In this document: piece by piece, positions 41,820 to 51,692 of the stretch
How positions within the stretch are numbered: the stretch's first letter is position 1
Layout of the letters: each line of letters opens with the position of its first letter
Assembly: GCF_000737315.1 (NCBI RefSeq)
Contig: NZ_JMCB01000002.1
Location: 82,001-144,000 of the forward strand
DNA from: Hyalangium minutum
GTDB lineage: Bacteria; Myxococcota; Myxococcia; Myxococcales; Myxococcaceae
Direction: 5' to 3'
DNA length: 62,000 nucleotides
Made by a program: the position numbers and the translations under genes
Notes under the pieces: generated by a model
The model's database searches: none
What the model was told of the DNA's origin: nothing
Seen by the model: only the letters and a program-made list of their open reading frames with translations

Positions 41820-42953
41820 ATGGCAGCGGCGGCGGGACAGAAGCGCGACTACTACGAGATTCTCGGCGTCCAGAAGAACGTCAATCCGCAGGAGCTGAAG
41901 AGCGCCTTCCGGAAGGTGGCCCTCCAGTACCACCCGGACCGCAACCCGGGGGACCAGGCGGCCGAGGAGAAGTTCAAGGAGGCGTCTGAAGCCTACGAAG
42001 TGCTGAGCGATCCGGAGCGCCGGGCCCGGTATGACCGGTTTGGCCACGCCGGAGCGGGCGGTGCCGGCTTCGAGGGCTTTGGCGGCTTCCAGGGCGTCAA
42101 CATCAACGACATCTTCGGGGACATCTTCGGCGAGATCTTCGGCGGCGGTGGTGGCCGAGGGCGGGGCCGGGGCGGTGTCGGCCGGGGTGCGGACCTCCGT
42201 TACAACCTGGAGATCTCCTTCGAGGAGGCGGCGTTCGGCTGCCGTCCCAAGGTTCCGATTCCGCGTCCCAAGAAGTGCGAGGTGTGCAGCGGCTCGGGGA
42301 GCAAGAGCGGCGCGCCGCCCAAGCAGTGCGCCACGTGCGGCGGCGTGGGCGAGGTGCGCTTCACGCAGGGCTTCTTCGCCGTGTCTCGCGCGTGCCACGA
42401 CTGCAACGGCACGGGCGCGGTGATTCCGGATCCGTGCTCGAAGTGCAAGGGCTCGGGCAAGGTGCCCTCGGAAGAGGTGCTCGAGGTGAACATCCCCGGT
42501 GGCGTGGACAACGGCACCCGGGTGCGCCTGACGGGCATGGGCGAGCCGGGCGAGCGCGGCGGTCCTCCGGGAGACCTCTACGTCACGGTGATCGTCCGCG
42601 AGCACCCGCTGTTCCAGCGCGAGGACAACGAGGTGTTCTGCGAGGTGCCCATCTCCTTCACGCAGGCGGCGCTGGGCGCGAAGATCGACGTGCCCACGCT
42701 GGACGGGAAGGTGAAGATGACCATCCCCGCGGGCACCCAGTCCGGCAAGGTGTTCCGGCTCAAGGGCAAGGGCATTCCGCACCTGCACAGCCAGCAGCGC
42801 GGTGATCAGCACGTGCGCGTCATGATCGAGACGCCCACGGACTTGTCCGCCAAGCAGCGCGAGCTGCTGGAGAAGTTCGCGGAGCTGTCGGGCGAGGAGT
42901 CCCACCCGCAGTCCAAGAGCTTCTTCGCCAAGGTGAAGGAGCTGTTCGGCTAG
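41820..42953 (+). CDS. dnaJ: Chaperone DnaJ
   Basis: [13 protein letters not shown]-rich region, four CxxCxGxG repeats, C-terminal domain. Confidence 0.97.
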   Translation: MAAAAGQKRDYYEILGVQKNVNPQELKSAFRKVALQYHPDRNPGDQAAEEKFKEASEAYEVLSDPERRARYDRFGHAGAGGAGFEGFGGFQGVNINDIFGDIFGEIFGGGGGRGRGRGGVGRGADLRYNLEISFEEAAFGCRPKVPIPRPKKCEVCSGSGSKSGAPPKQCATCGGVGEVRFTQGFFAVSRACHDCNGTGAVIPDPCSKCKGSGKVPSEEVLEVNIPGGVDNGTRVRLTGMGEPGERGGPPGDLYVTVIVREHPLFQREDNEVFCEVPISFTQAALGAKIDVPTLDGKVKMTIPAGTQSGKVFRLKGKGIPHLHSQQRGDQHVRVMIETPTDLSAKQRELLEKFAELSGEESHPQSKSFFAKVKELFG

Positions 42954-42976
42954 GTCCGCTGCGCTAGGCTTCGGGC

Positions 42977-43657
42977 ATGATCCGCGTGTGCCTCGTGTCC
43001 GTGCTGCTGTTGAGTGCGCTGAGCCCGCTGCCGGGGCTCGCGCAGATCTCGCCGCCGCCTCTCGTGGCCGCGCCCCCCGGGCAGCTCCTCCCCTCCGAGG
43101 AGGGGAGCGACGAGAAGCCCCCAGGAGAGCTCATCCCGCGCTCCCCCGAGACGCTGAACGGCTCGGAGGGCAGAGCGGGGCGTGTCGTGCTCGAGTCCCT
43201 GGGAGGCGTTCTGCTCGGAGCCATAGGAGGAGTGCCTGCCTTCGGCCTGTCCCTGCTGTTCACCTTTGACTGTGACGGCTGCCACAACACCAACGGGGAG
43301 GCGACGATCCTGGCATTGGCCGGCGTCGCGGGCTTCCTCGGCGGAACGGCGCTCGGGGTGAAGCTGGGCGGGGCGCTCATGGGAGGCGAGGGCCGCTACC
43401 TGCCGACACTCGCTGGGGCGGGTCTGGGGACCCTGGCCGGCGTCCTCGTCGCGCTGCCCACGGGGTTGCTCGTTCATGAGCTGCTGGCCGTTGTTCCGTT
43501 GATCGCGGGCCCCTTCGTCGGAGCCATCATCGGCTACGAGCTGTCGCACTCGAACGAGCTCGAGCGCAAGGCGGCGGGCACCGGTGTGAAGGTGCTCCCG
43601 GCTGTGAGCCTGCGTCCCTCGGGCGGAGTGGTGGCAGGGCTGATGGGTTCGTTCTGA
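42977..43657 (+). CDS. Hypothetical exported membrane protein, Gly-rich hydrophobic helices
   Basis: Signal peptide; GxxxG-rich TM-like segments; terminal Phe. Confidence 0.7.
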   Translation: MIRVCLVSVLLLSALSPLPGLAQISPPPLVAAPPGQLLPSEEGSDEKPPGELIPRSPETLNGSEGRAGRVVLESLGGVLLGAIGGVPAFGLSLLFTFDCDGCHNTNGEATILALAGVAGFLGGTALGVKLGGALMGGEGRYLPTLAGAGLGTLAGVLVALPTGLLVHELLAVVPLIAGPFVGAIIGYELSHSNELERKAAGTGVKVLPAVSLRPSGGVVAGLMGSF

Positions 43658-43874
43658 GTCCTGGCTGACTGCGCGCCCGGTGATTACCTCGGTGTAGCCG
43701 TGCCTACCTCGGCGGTGGGCGTGTGCCTGCTCAGCCCTCGACGGTTCGGGAGAACGCGCCTCACGCGAGTGCTTGGGAGTCGACGTTCGCCCGTCCGGGG
43801 GCGGGCGGGCACTCACCATCCCGGAAAGTCATGCGCATCTGGGCGGCCACACCACCCGGTCGGGGGGAGTTCAC

Positions 43875-46800
43875 GTGGCCACGTACCGACTCGTCCGCAA
43901 GCTGGCCGCGGGCGGCATGGCGGAAGTCTTCTTCGCGAAGGTGCTCGGAGCCGAGGGCTTCGAGAAGCCCGTTGCGGTCAAGCGCGTCTTGCCGTCGCTG
44001 TCGCAGAACCAGGAGTTCACCGAGCTGTTCCTTCGCGAGGCCAAGCTCACCGTCTCCCTGCAGCACGCCAACGTCGTCCAGGTGTTTGATCTCGGCTGTG
44101 CCCGCGGCCAGCACTACATGGTGATGGAGTTCGTGGACGGAGAGAACCTCCGCACGCTCCAGCGCGCCGCCGCCAACCAGCAGGTTCCCCTGGGCCTGCG
44201 CGAGGTGTGCTTCATCGTCCAGCAGGTCGCCGAGGGCCTGGCCTACGCCCACGAGAAGCTCGACGCTTCCGGACGTCCGCTCAACATCATCCACCGCGAC
44301 ATCAACCCGTCCAACGTCATGGTGTCCTCGGCCGGCGAGGTGAAGCTCGCCGACTTTGGCATCGCCAAGGCCGCCAACGTTCAGAACGGCACCGAGGTGG
44401 GCGTGGTGAAGGGGAAGATGGGCTACCTCGCCCCCGAGCAGGTGCGCGGCGCTGCAGTGGATCAGCGCGCGGACCTCTTTCTCCTGGGGCTGCTCTTGTA
44501 TGAGCTGCTCTCCGGCCAGCAGCTCTTCTGCGGCCCGGACTACTTCCAGATCCTCCGCGACATCTCGTCCTTTGATGTGAAGACGGTGGTGCCGGTGCCC
44601 GGTGTGCCCGCGCCGCTGTGGAGCATCGTGACTCGGGCGCTGGCGCCGGATCCGGTGGCCCGCTTCCAGCGCGCTCGGGACTTGTCGGACGCGCTGCAGA
44701 ACTTCCTCTTTGATCACCGCCTGCGCGTGGGCCCCCAGGATGTGGCCAAGCTCTTCGCGCGCATCTTCCCTGGGCGGCGCTCGCCGCTGGACACAGGAGT
44801 TCCGGGCACGGCGGAGACCCGTGGCGAGGAGATTCGCCTCGGTGAGCAAGGCGCCTCTCCTCCGGGAGGGACGCGCGGCGTGGCTGTCCGCACCGCGACG
44901 TCGCAGGAGCCCGCTCAGGGCGCGCCTTCGAGGGCGACGCCTGTGCCCTTGCCCCAGACGCAGATCGCGGCTCCCGGGGGCGCCGTGCCGAAGACCGTCG
45001 CCATTCGCACCCACTCGCGCTCGGATCTGCAGCGCCCGGCCACGCCGCCGCCGCTGCCGCAGGGGACGGCGGGAAACCCCGAGCCGGGCCGACGCCTCAC
45101 GCCGGTCCCGCTGCCTCAGCCGCCAAACCCGGACTCCTCGCGGCGGATTCCACTGCCACCGCGCTCCGCGTCGGCTCAGGTGCTGCAGCTCGCCGCCCAG
45201 CGCCCCCGTCCGGCGGTGCGCCGCCCCCTGGGAGAGCTGTTGCTCGCCGCCGGGAAGCTGACAGAGGCGCAGCTCAAGAACATCCTCGACCGGCAGCGGC
45301 GCGAGGGTGGGAAGCTGGGTGAGCGCCTCGTGTCCGAGGGGCTCGTCACGGACGAGGAGTTGGTGGCCGTTGTTGGCGAGCAGTTGGGCATTCCGTTCAT
45401 CTCGGAGGCGCAGCTCCGAGCGCTGCCCGTGCCCACGCTGCTGCTGCCGCTGCTGCCGGTGGAGCACGCCGAGCGCTTCGAGGCCGTTCCCCTCACGCTT
45501 CAGGGCAAGGAGCTCTTCTGCGCCATGCGCGAGCCTCAGAACCTGGAGCGCCTGGACGAGCTCCAGTTCCGCACCGGGTACGCCGTGCGCGGGCTGCTCG
45601 CCAGCGAGGGCGCCATCCGCCGCACCATCAACCGCTTCTATCGCGGGGACGATTCGGCTGCCCCCGACTGGGCCAGCATGATGAAGGTGAGCGCCTCGGA
45701 GCCGCAGCCGGGTGCCTCCCCTGGGTCCCTGCCCGAGGAGACCGCCCTCCAGCCTGTGGAGCCGCCGCCGCCCGCTCCAGCGCCGGAGCCGGTGTCACCT
45801 CCTGTGCCTCCCGCTCCCGCGCCGCAGCCGTCGCGCACGCCGCCGCGCTCGCTGGCGCGCACTCTGCTGGTGGTCGCGGATGATCCAGAGCAGCGGGACG
45901 CGGCCGTGCAGCTCCTCTCGAGGCAGGGCGTGGCGGCGGCCGGCAGCTCCAGTGCCGAGGCCGAGCGCGCGGTGGCCCTCGGTGGTATCGAGGTGGCCCT
46001 GGTCGCAAGCGACACCCTCGCGGATGCATCGGGGGTGGTGGCCCGGCTGATGGCGGCGGCGCCCACCATGGAGGTGCGCGTCCTGCCCTCGCTGGCGGAG
46101 GCACTCGCCGGTGAGGCGGGCCCGCTGGGACGCGCGGCGCGGCTGCACGCACGGGTGCTGGATGCAGCCCTGGCGGCTCTCGGAGGCGCGGGGGTGCAGG
46201 GGGCGGCGCTGGCGAGGTTGGCCCGGCGCGTGGCGCTTCGGCTCGGGGCCGGCAGAGCGGAGGCGGAGCGGGCCTCGGCCGCCGCGTACGCCATGGCCTG
46301 TGCGGCGCGCCTCGAGGGCAAGGAGATCTACGCGAAGCCCGGCTGCGAGGCCGTGCGCGCGCTGCTGGGCAGGGACGCGGGTGAGCTGGCCTCGGTGCTC
46401 GGTGCCCCCTCTGAAGGAACGCCCGCAGCCCAGCCGAGCCGCGCGGCTCTGGCGCTCAACGCGGCCACGGCACTGATGGAGGCGGTGGGGACGGACGCTC
46501 CGAAGCCGGAGGATGCGTCGCGTGCGCTCGTCCGGCTGCGCGAGGAGGGCCGCGTCCCCGCCATCGCCTTGGAGGCCCTGGCCGCCGAGGTGGCCGAGCT
46601 GGTGCTGGGAGATGCCGCCTCTCCCACGATTGTGTTGGCCGAGCCGGATCCCGCGCGCTCCGCCACGCTCCAGGCGCGCTTCCTGGCCGAGGGCGTGCGC
46701 GTGATGCTCGCGGACTCGGTGGCCCGCGCCCGGGAGCTGCTGGCGGGAGGCGCCCGCGTCCTGGTGATGGCCGCTCGCCTGCCGGACGGGGATGGGGCCT

Positions 46801-47009
46801 CGCTGACGCGGGAGCTGCGCGTGGCCACGCCCACCGCCGAGGTGCCCATCTTCATCCTCGCCTCTCCAGAGGATCCGGGGATGGTGGAGGCAGGGCTCGA
46901 TGCCGGGGCGGATGACGTGCTCACCTACCCGGTGAACCCGGACGTGCTGGCGGCGAAGGTGCGCCGGGCGCTCCAGCCGCGCCGTCCCGTGGTGGCGGCG
47001 GCGAGCTGA
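43875..47009 (+). CDS. Ser/Thr kinase with MshEN/T2SSE_N, pseudo-REC and degenerate HD-like regions
   Basis: Likely GTG at 43875; AAGGMAEV, VAVK, HRDINPSN, DFG, YLAPEQ; PLGELLLAAGKLTEAQLKNILDRQ and KLGERLVSEGLV motifs. Confidence 0.88.
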   Translation: MATYRLVRKLAAGGMAEVFFAKVLGAEGFEKPVAVKRVLPSLSQNQEFTELFLREAKLTVSLQHANVVQVFDLGCARGQHYMVMEFVDGENLRTLQRAAANQQVPLGLREVCFIVQQVAEGLAYAHEKLDASGRPLNIIHRDINPSNVMVSSAGEVKLADFGIAKAANVQNGTEVGVVKGKMGYLAPEQVRGAAVDQRADLFLLGLLLYELLSGQQLFCGPDYFQILRDISSFDVKTVVPVPGVPAPLWSIVTRALAPDPVARFQRARDLSDALQNFLFDHRLRVGPQDVAKLFARIFPGRRSPLDTGVPGTAETRGEEIRLGEQGASPPGGTRGVAVRTATSQEPAQGAPSRATPVPLPQTQIAAPGGAVPKTVAIRTHSRSDLQRPATPPPLPQGTAGNPEPGRRLTPVPLPQPPNPDSSRRIPLPPRSASAQVLQLAAQRPRPAVRRPLGELLLAAGKLTEAQLKNILDRQRREGGKLGERLVSEGLVTDEELVAVVGEQLGIPFISEAQLRALPVPTLLLPLLPVEHAERFEAVPLTLQGKELFCAMREPQNLERLDELQFRTGYAVRGLLASEGAIRRTINRFYRGDDSAAPDWASMMKVSASEPQPGASPGSLPEETALQPVEPPPPAPAPEPVSPPVPPAPAPQPSRTPPRSLARTLLVVADDPEQRDAAVQLLSRQGVAAAGSSSAEAERAVALGGIEVALVASDTLADASGVVARLMAAAPTMEVRVLPSLAEALAGEAGPLGRAARLHARVLDAALAALGGAGVQGAALARLARRVALRLGAGRAEAERASAAAYAMACAARLEGKEIYAKPGCEAVRALLGRDAGELASVLGAPSEGTPAAQPSRAALALNAATALMEAVGTDAPKPEDASRALVRLREEGRVPAIALEALAAEVAELVLGDAASPTIVLAEPDPARSATLQARFLAEGVRVMLADSVARARELLAGGARVLVMAARLPDGDGASLTRELRVATPTAEVPIFILASPEDPGMVEAGLDAGADDVLTYPVNPDVLAAKVRRALQPRRPVVAAAS

Positions 47010-47204
47010 GTGGCCGAGCAGCCTCGCCCACACACACCCGCGATGCCCACGAGCCACGCGCGTGGCTGGAGACCCACGGCGTTGCGGGGCCAACCCCTCG
47101 AAGTGTCAGGCAGTGGAGGAGGGCATGGGCACTGCAGGCGCCCAGACGTCTTCCCCGGAATCTTCCCGGCGCTCGATTGTCGACGGAGGCGCACCCACAC
47201 TGCT

Positions 47205-49358
47205 ATGCACCCCCCCACCATGGAAGTCCTCTCCCTTTCTTCGCGCCGAGCCCTGGGGCTGGGGCTGGCGCTGCTCCTCACCGCCTGTCCGAAGACGACG
47301 ACCCCCGTTCGAGGAGGTGCTGGAGGGACCGGCGAAGGTTCTCAGCAGACCCTCCCGACGAAGCCTCAGGTCGAGGCGAAGAAGGACGCCACGGCGGACG
47401 CGGCGCTGGCCCAGGCCGTGGAGACTGCGGCGCGCACGCCGGACAAGCTGCAGGCGGCCGAGGTGTTGCTCACAGTGCGCAAGACGTACCCGGGCACCAC
47501 TGCCAGCCAGGAGGCGCTCTACCGCGCCGGTGTCCTCTACTTCGAGTCCGAGAACTACGCCGAGGCCCGGAAGACCTTCAACGAGCTGCTCTTCGAGAAC
47601 CCGCTCTACCCGCAGGCGGAGGACGCCAAGTACAAGCTGGCCCTGTCCGCGCTGGAGGTGGGCGCGTACCGGGATGCGTACCAGACGCTCTCCAGCCTCG
47701 CCGAGCGGGCCGAGGGCGCCCAGCGCGAGAAGCTCCTCCAGGAGGCTGCTCGGGCCGCGGAGGGCGCGGGGCTGTTTGGCGTGGCGCTCGACAACGCGGT
47801 GAAGGCGGCCGAGGACGCGAAGACGCCCCAGGAGCAGGCCGCCGCGGTGCAGCGGGTGGAGCAGCTGGTGGAGGGCCGCGCGTCCTTCGTGGATGTGGCC
47901 CGCGTGGTGGAGGGCATGTCGCCCCGGCACCCGGCGTGGCCCGTGCTGACCTTCAAGCTGGCGCGCATCTACTACCACCTGCGCGACTGGACGCGGCTCG
48001 AGGAGACGCTGAACCGCTTCCTGCAGGAGGCCCCCAGCTCCCCGTTCGCCGGACAGGCCCGCGAGCTGCTGAGCCGCGCCACCCGCCGCGTGGAGGTGCG
48101 TCCCAAGACGGTGGGCGTGCTGCTGCCGATGACGGGCCGCTACAAGCCCATCGGTGAGGCGGTGCTGCGCGGTGTGCAGCTGGGGCTGGCGGGCAGTGAC
48201 ATCGAGCTCATCGTCAAGGACACCCAGGGCGAGGTGATGCTGGCGGGGCAGGCGGTGGAGCAGCTGGCGTTCGACGAGGGCGCCATCGCCGTGCTCGGGC
48301 CGCTGCTGCCGGATGACTCGCGCCGCGCGGCGCTGGTGGCCGAGGAGCTCCAGATTCCCCTGCTGACGATGACGCGCGCCGAGGGAATCACGGAGATTGG
48401 CCCGCACGTGTTCCGCAACATGCTGACGAACTCGGCGCAGGCGCAGGCCATCGCGGACTACGCCATGCGCGTGCGCGGCTTCAAGCGCTTCGCGGTGCTC
48501 TACCCGAACATCCCGTACGGCGTGGAGATGGCCAACGGCTTCTGGGACGAGGTGGTGGAGAAGGGCGGCACGGTGCGCGGCGCGGAGAGCTACGCGCACG
48601 ACCAGACGACCTTCACGGACGAGGCCAAGAAGCTGGTGGGCCGCTACTACCTGGAGGACCGCGCCGACTACCTGGAGGGCATGCGCGACATCCAGGGCGA
48701 GAGCCTGGATGCGTTCCGCAAGCGCAAGGCGGTGGAGAAGCTCAAGGGTGGCCTGGAGCCGGTGGTGGACTTCGAGGCCATCTTCATCCCGGACGACTGG
48801 AAGCGCGTGAGCCTGGTGGGCCCGGCGCTCGCGGTGGAGGACATCATCACCAACGCGTGCGACCCGAGGGACTTGGAGCGCATCCGCAAGACGACGGGGA
48901 AGAAGGACCTGAAGACGGTGACGCTGCTGGGCACCAATACGTGGAGCAGCCCGAAGGGCCGCTCGGGGCTGCCGGAGCTCATCGAGCGCGGCGGCAAGTT
49001 CGTCACCTGCTCGGTGTACGTGGACGGCTTCTTCATCGACTCGCAGCGCCCGGCCACGCGCAAGTTCGTCCAGGCCTTCCGCGAGGCCTACAAGGACGTG
49101 GACAAGGATCCGGGGCTGCTGGAGGCCATTGGGTATGACTCGGCGCTGATGCTGCGGCAGCTCATCGACAAGCAGCGCCCGCGCACGCGCAGCGACATGC
49201 GCGAGGCGCTCCTGAACCTGAAGAACTTCGAGGGCGCCACGGGCCGCACCTCGTTCAGCGACAAGCGCGAGGCGGTCAAGCCGCTCTTCATGCTGTCCGT
49301 GGACAACCGGGGCGTGAAGGAGCTCCCGCCGGAGGCTGCTGGAGGCTCGGGCTCATGA
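47205..49358 (+). CDS. LpoA/LppC-like lipoprotein (TPR + periplasmic binding fold); penicillin-binding-protein activator-like
   Basis: Lipobox LLTA-C; TPR helices; VGVLLPMTG, AVLGPLL, EAIFIPD, AIGYDSA, FEGATGRTSF. Confidence 0.82.
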   Translation: MHPPTMEVLSLSSRRALGLGLALLLTACPKTTTPVRGGAGGTGEGSQQTLPTKPQVEAKKDATADAALAQAVETAARTPDKLQAAEVLLTVRKTYPGTTASQEALYRAGVLYFESENYAEARKTFNELLFENPLYPQAEDAKYKLALSALEVGAYRDAYQTLSSLAERAEGAQREKLLQEAARAAEGAGLFGVALDNAVKAAEDAKTPQEQAAAVQRVEQLVEGRASFVDVARVVEGMSPRHPAWPVLTFKLARIYYHLRDWTRLEETLNRFLQEAPSSPFAGQARELLSRATRRVEVRPKTVGVLLPMTGRYKPIGEAVLRGVQLGLAGSDIELIVKDTQGEVMLAGQAVEQLAFDEGAIAVLGPLLPDDSRRAALVAEELQIPLLTMTRAEGITEIGPHVFRNMLTNSAQAQAIADYAMRVRGFKRFAVLYPNIPYGVEMANGFWDEVVEKGGTVRGAESYAHDQTTFTDEAKKLVGRYYLEDRADYLEGMRDIQGESLDAFRKRKAVEKLKGGLEPVVDFEAIFIPDDWKRVSLVGPALAVEDIITNACDPRDLERIRKTTGKKDLKTVTLLGTNTWSSPKGRSGLPELIERGGKFVTCSVYVDGFFIDSQRPATRKFVQAFREAYKDVDKDPGLLEAIGYDSALMLRQLIDKQRPRTRSDMREALLNLKNFEGATGRTSFSDKREAVKPLFMLSVDNRGVKELPPEAAGGSGS

Positions 49359-50953
49359 GGTACAGCGCGCGGCTGCTGCTCGCGGGGTGGGTGGTGCTCG
49401 GGGTGGGCTGTGCCCACAAGCTGCCGGGGCTCACTCCCGAGGTGTTCTCCGGTCTGCGCGAGCAGCCCGGGAACTACGTGGCGGGAAAGACGGTGGGGCT
49501 GTCGGATGGGCCGCTGCTCAACAACAAGGACTTCGTCTACACCATCGGCTTCTCGCCGGACAGCTCGCGCGTGGCGTACACGCACCTGGGGCCGAAGTTC
49601 TATGAGCTCGCGCTGTGGACGCTGGTCCCAGAGCCCAAGCTCGTGGCTGACAAGACCGTCAACCCCTACGAGTTCGACATCGAGGCCGTGAGCTTCTCTC
49701 CGGACGGCGGGCTGGTGGCCACGGCCGGGCGGGACGGCGCGGTGCGCCTCTTCGATGCCTCCACCAATGAACCCAAGGGACGGGTGCTGGCCGAGGAGCC
49801 CCTCACCGCCATGACCTTCCACCCGAGCGGCCGCTATGTGGTGGTGGGCAGCGCGAAGGGACTCATCTCCGTCTTCAGCGTGCCTCAGCTGGCCTTCGTC
49901 TATGAAGTCCGGGCCCACATGGGGCCGGTGAGCGCGCTGGCCTTCACGGCCGAGGGCGCGCTGTACAGCGGCAGCTGGGACAAGCACGTGCGCGCCTGGG
50001 AGTCTCGGGAGGAGGTGCTGCGCACGGATCAGGCCCGCGTCATCTTCGACAGGCGCGGCGGCTTCAGCGTGGTGCGCGGAGGCGTCAACGGCAAGGCGCA
50101 GGCCTCCTTCGCGCTGGACACGCGCGCCCCCGCCATCATCCTCAACACCGAGACGGCCACCCAGGCCGGCATCGACGTGGCCTTCCTGAAGGACACACTC
50201 ACGGTGCCCACGCCCCTGGGCAACACCGTGGCGAAGCTGGCGCGCGGCCAGTCCCTGCGCTTCAAGTCCCTGCCCGTGGAGAACGTGGACATCGCCATCT
50301 GCGACGTGTGCGTGCCCACGGGCGCTCAGGGCGTGCTGGGGACGCCCTTCCTCGAGCGCTTCGACGTCAGCTTCGATGAGTCCACCCATGAGGCGATCCT
50401 CACCTCGAAGGCGGGCGCCGTGCCGGGTGCGGAGGCGCAGGGCCTGGCGCTGAACCCGAAGAGCGACTTCGTCTTCGAGGGCCACGTCAACGACGTCACC
50501 GTGGATGCCAAGGGCCAGCGGCTGGGCGTGGCGTTCTCGGAGGAGAAGGCGGAGCGCTCGCGCACCGTCTACGAGCGCGAGAAGAACAAGGTCGTCGAGC
50601 CCCAGGCCCCCTTCAATGCGGGCGCGCTGGTGGACGCCGCCACGGGCCAGGTTCTCCAGAAGTGGCCCATCCACCACGGCGTGGTGTCCACGGCCAGCAT
50701 CTCTCCGGATGGGCGCTCACTGGCCTCGGGCGGCTGGGACAAGCGCCTGCTGCTGTTCACCGAGGGCAATGCCCAACCCCTGGATGAGCGTGAGTTCGGC
50801 TGGTCCGTGCGCCGGGTGCGCTTCAGCCCGGATGGGCGCTGGGTCGCCGTTGCCGCGTGGACGCCGCAGAACCCCATCGGAGACCAGGAGAGTGATCCGG
50901 CCGCGGCGCTCTTCGAGGTGGCCTACGAGCAGCCCTCGGTGGAGCGGCGCTGA
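49355..50953 (+). CDS. WD40 beta-propeller lipoprotein with inserted retropepsin-like domain
   Basis: Lipobox GVG-C; FSPDG...AGRDGAVRLFD, SGSWDKHVRAWE, SGGWDKRLLLF; insert with ALDTRA and GVLGTPFLERFDVSFD. Confidence 0.82.
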   Translation: MRYSARLLLAGWVVLGVGCAHKLPGLTPEVFSGLREQPGNYVAGKTVGLSDGPLLNNKDFVYTIGFSPDSSRVAYTHLGPKFYELALWTLVPEPKLVADKTVNPYEFDIEAVSFSPDGGLVATAGRDGAVRLFDASTNEPKGRVLAEEPLTAMTFHPSGRYVVVGSAKGLISVFSVPQLAFVYEVRAHMGPVSALAFTAEGALYSGSWDKHVRAWESREEVLRTDQARVIFDRRGGFSVVRGGVNGKAQASFALDTRAPAIILNTETATQAGIDVAFLKDTLTVPTPLGNTVAKLARGQSLRFKSLPVENVDIAICDVCVPTGAQGVLGTPFLERFDVSFDESTHEAILTSKAGAVPGAEAQGLALNPKSDFVFEGHVNDVTVDAKGQRLGVAFSEEKAERSRTVYEREKNKVVEPQAPFNAGALVDAATGQVLQKWPIHHGVVSTASISPDGRSLASGGWDKRLLLFTEGNAQPLDEREFGWSVRRVRFSPDGRWVAVAAWTPQNPIGDQESDPAAALFEVAYEQPSVERR

Positions 50954-51643
50954 CTAGAAGTTCTGGGAGATGGCGTGCGCGGGCAGCCCTCGGGCCAGCA
51001 GCGCCGAGATGACGCCCTGCACCATCTCCTTCTGGCCGCACACGAAGGCCCGGGTGCCCAGCGCGAGGGGCTCCTCCTTCAGGTGCGCCTGCACGTAGCC
51101 CGTGAGGCCCTGCCAGCCGCTGGCACCGGGCTGGCTCACCGTGGGCACCACGTGGATGTCGGCCTGCTCCCAGGTCTTGAAGTCTCGCGCGTACGCGAAC
51201 GCTCCGGGCGTGCGCGCGCCGAAGTACAGCGTCACCTTCCCGTAGGCCTCCCGCTCCTGGCGGATGCTCTCGATGACGGAGCGGATGGGCGAGATGCCCG
51301 AGCCGGTCGCGAACAGGAGCACATCCCTCTCCCGCGCCTGCTCCAGCGGGAAGCCGGGGCCCTCGGGACGGCTCACGTCCACCTGCTTGCCCAGGCCCAG
51401 GTGGACCAGCGCGTCCGTGAGGGGGCTGGTGGCCTTGACCAGCAAATCCCATTGCTCGGCCCCCGGCGGCGAGGCGAGGGCGAACAGGCCTTCCGTGGCG
51501 CCGGGCAGACGCAGATGGACATACTGTCCCGGCCTCTGGTGTGCCCCTCGCAGAGGAGTGCCCGAGAGGTCGAGCGTCAGATCGGTCAGCCCATCCGCCG
51601 CCGGCGAACAGGCCACCAGGGTGGCCGGGAACCATTCGGTCAT
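50954..51643 (-). CDS. FNR-like FAD/NAD(P)-binding oxidoreductase
   Basis: RPGQYV, FALAS, PEGPGF, LFATGSGISP, LYFGAR, VCGQKEMV. Confidence 0.88.
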   Translation of the reverse strand: MTEWFPATLVACSPAADGLTDLTLDLSGTPLRGAHQRPGQYVHLRLPGATEGLFALASPPGAEQWDLLVKATSPLTDALVHLGLGKQVDVSRPEGPGFPLEQARERDVLLFATGSGISPIRSVIESIRQEREAYGKVTLYFGARTPGAFAYARDFKTWEQADIHVVPTVSQPGASGWQGLTGYVQAHLKEEPLALGTRAFVCGQKEMVQGVISALLARGLPAHAISQNF

Positions 51644-51692
51644 GTCTCTCCCGTTTTAACCCGCGAGCGCGTTTGGCGCCTCCCTGGTAGCC

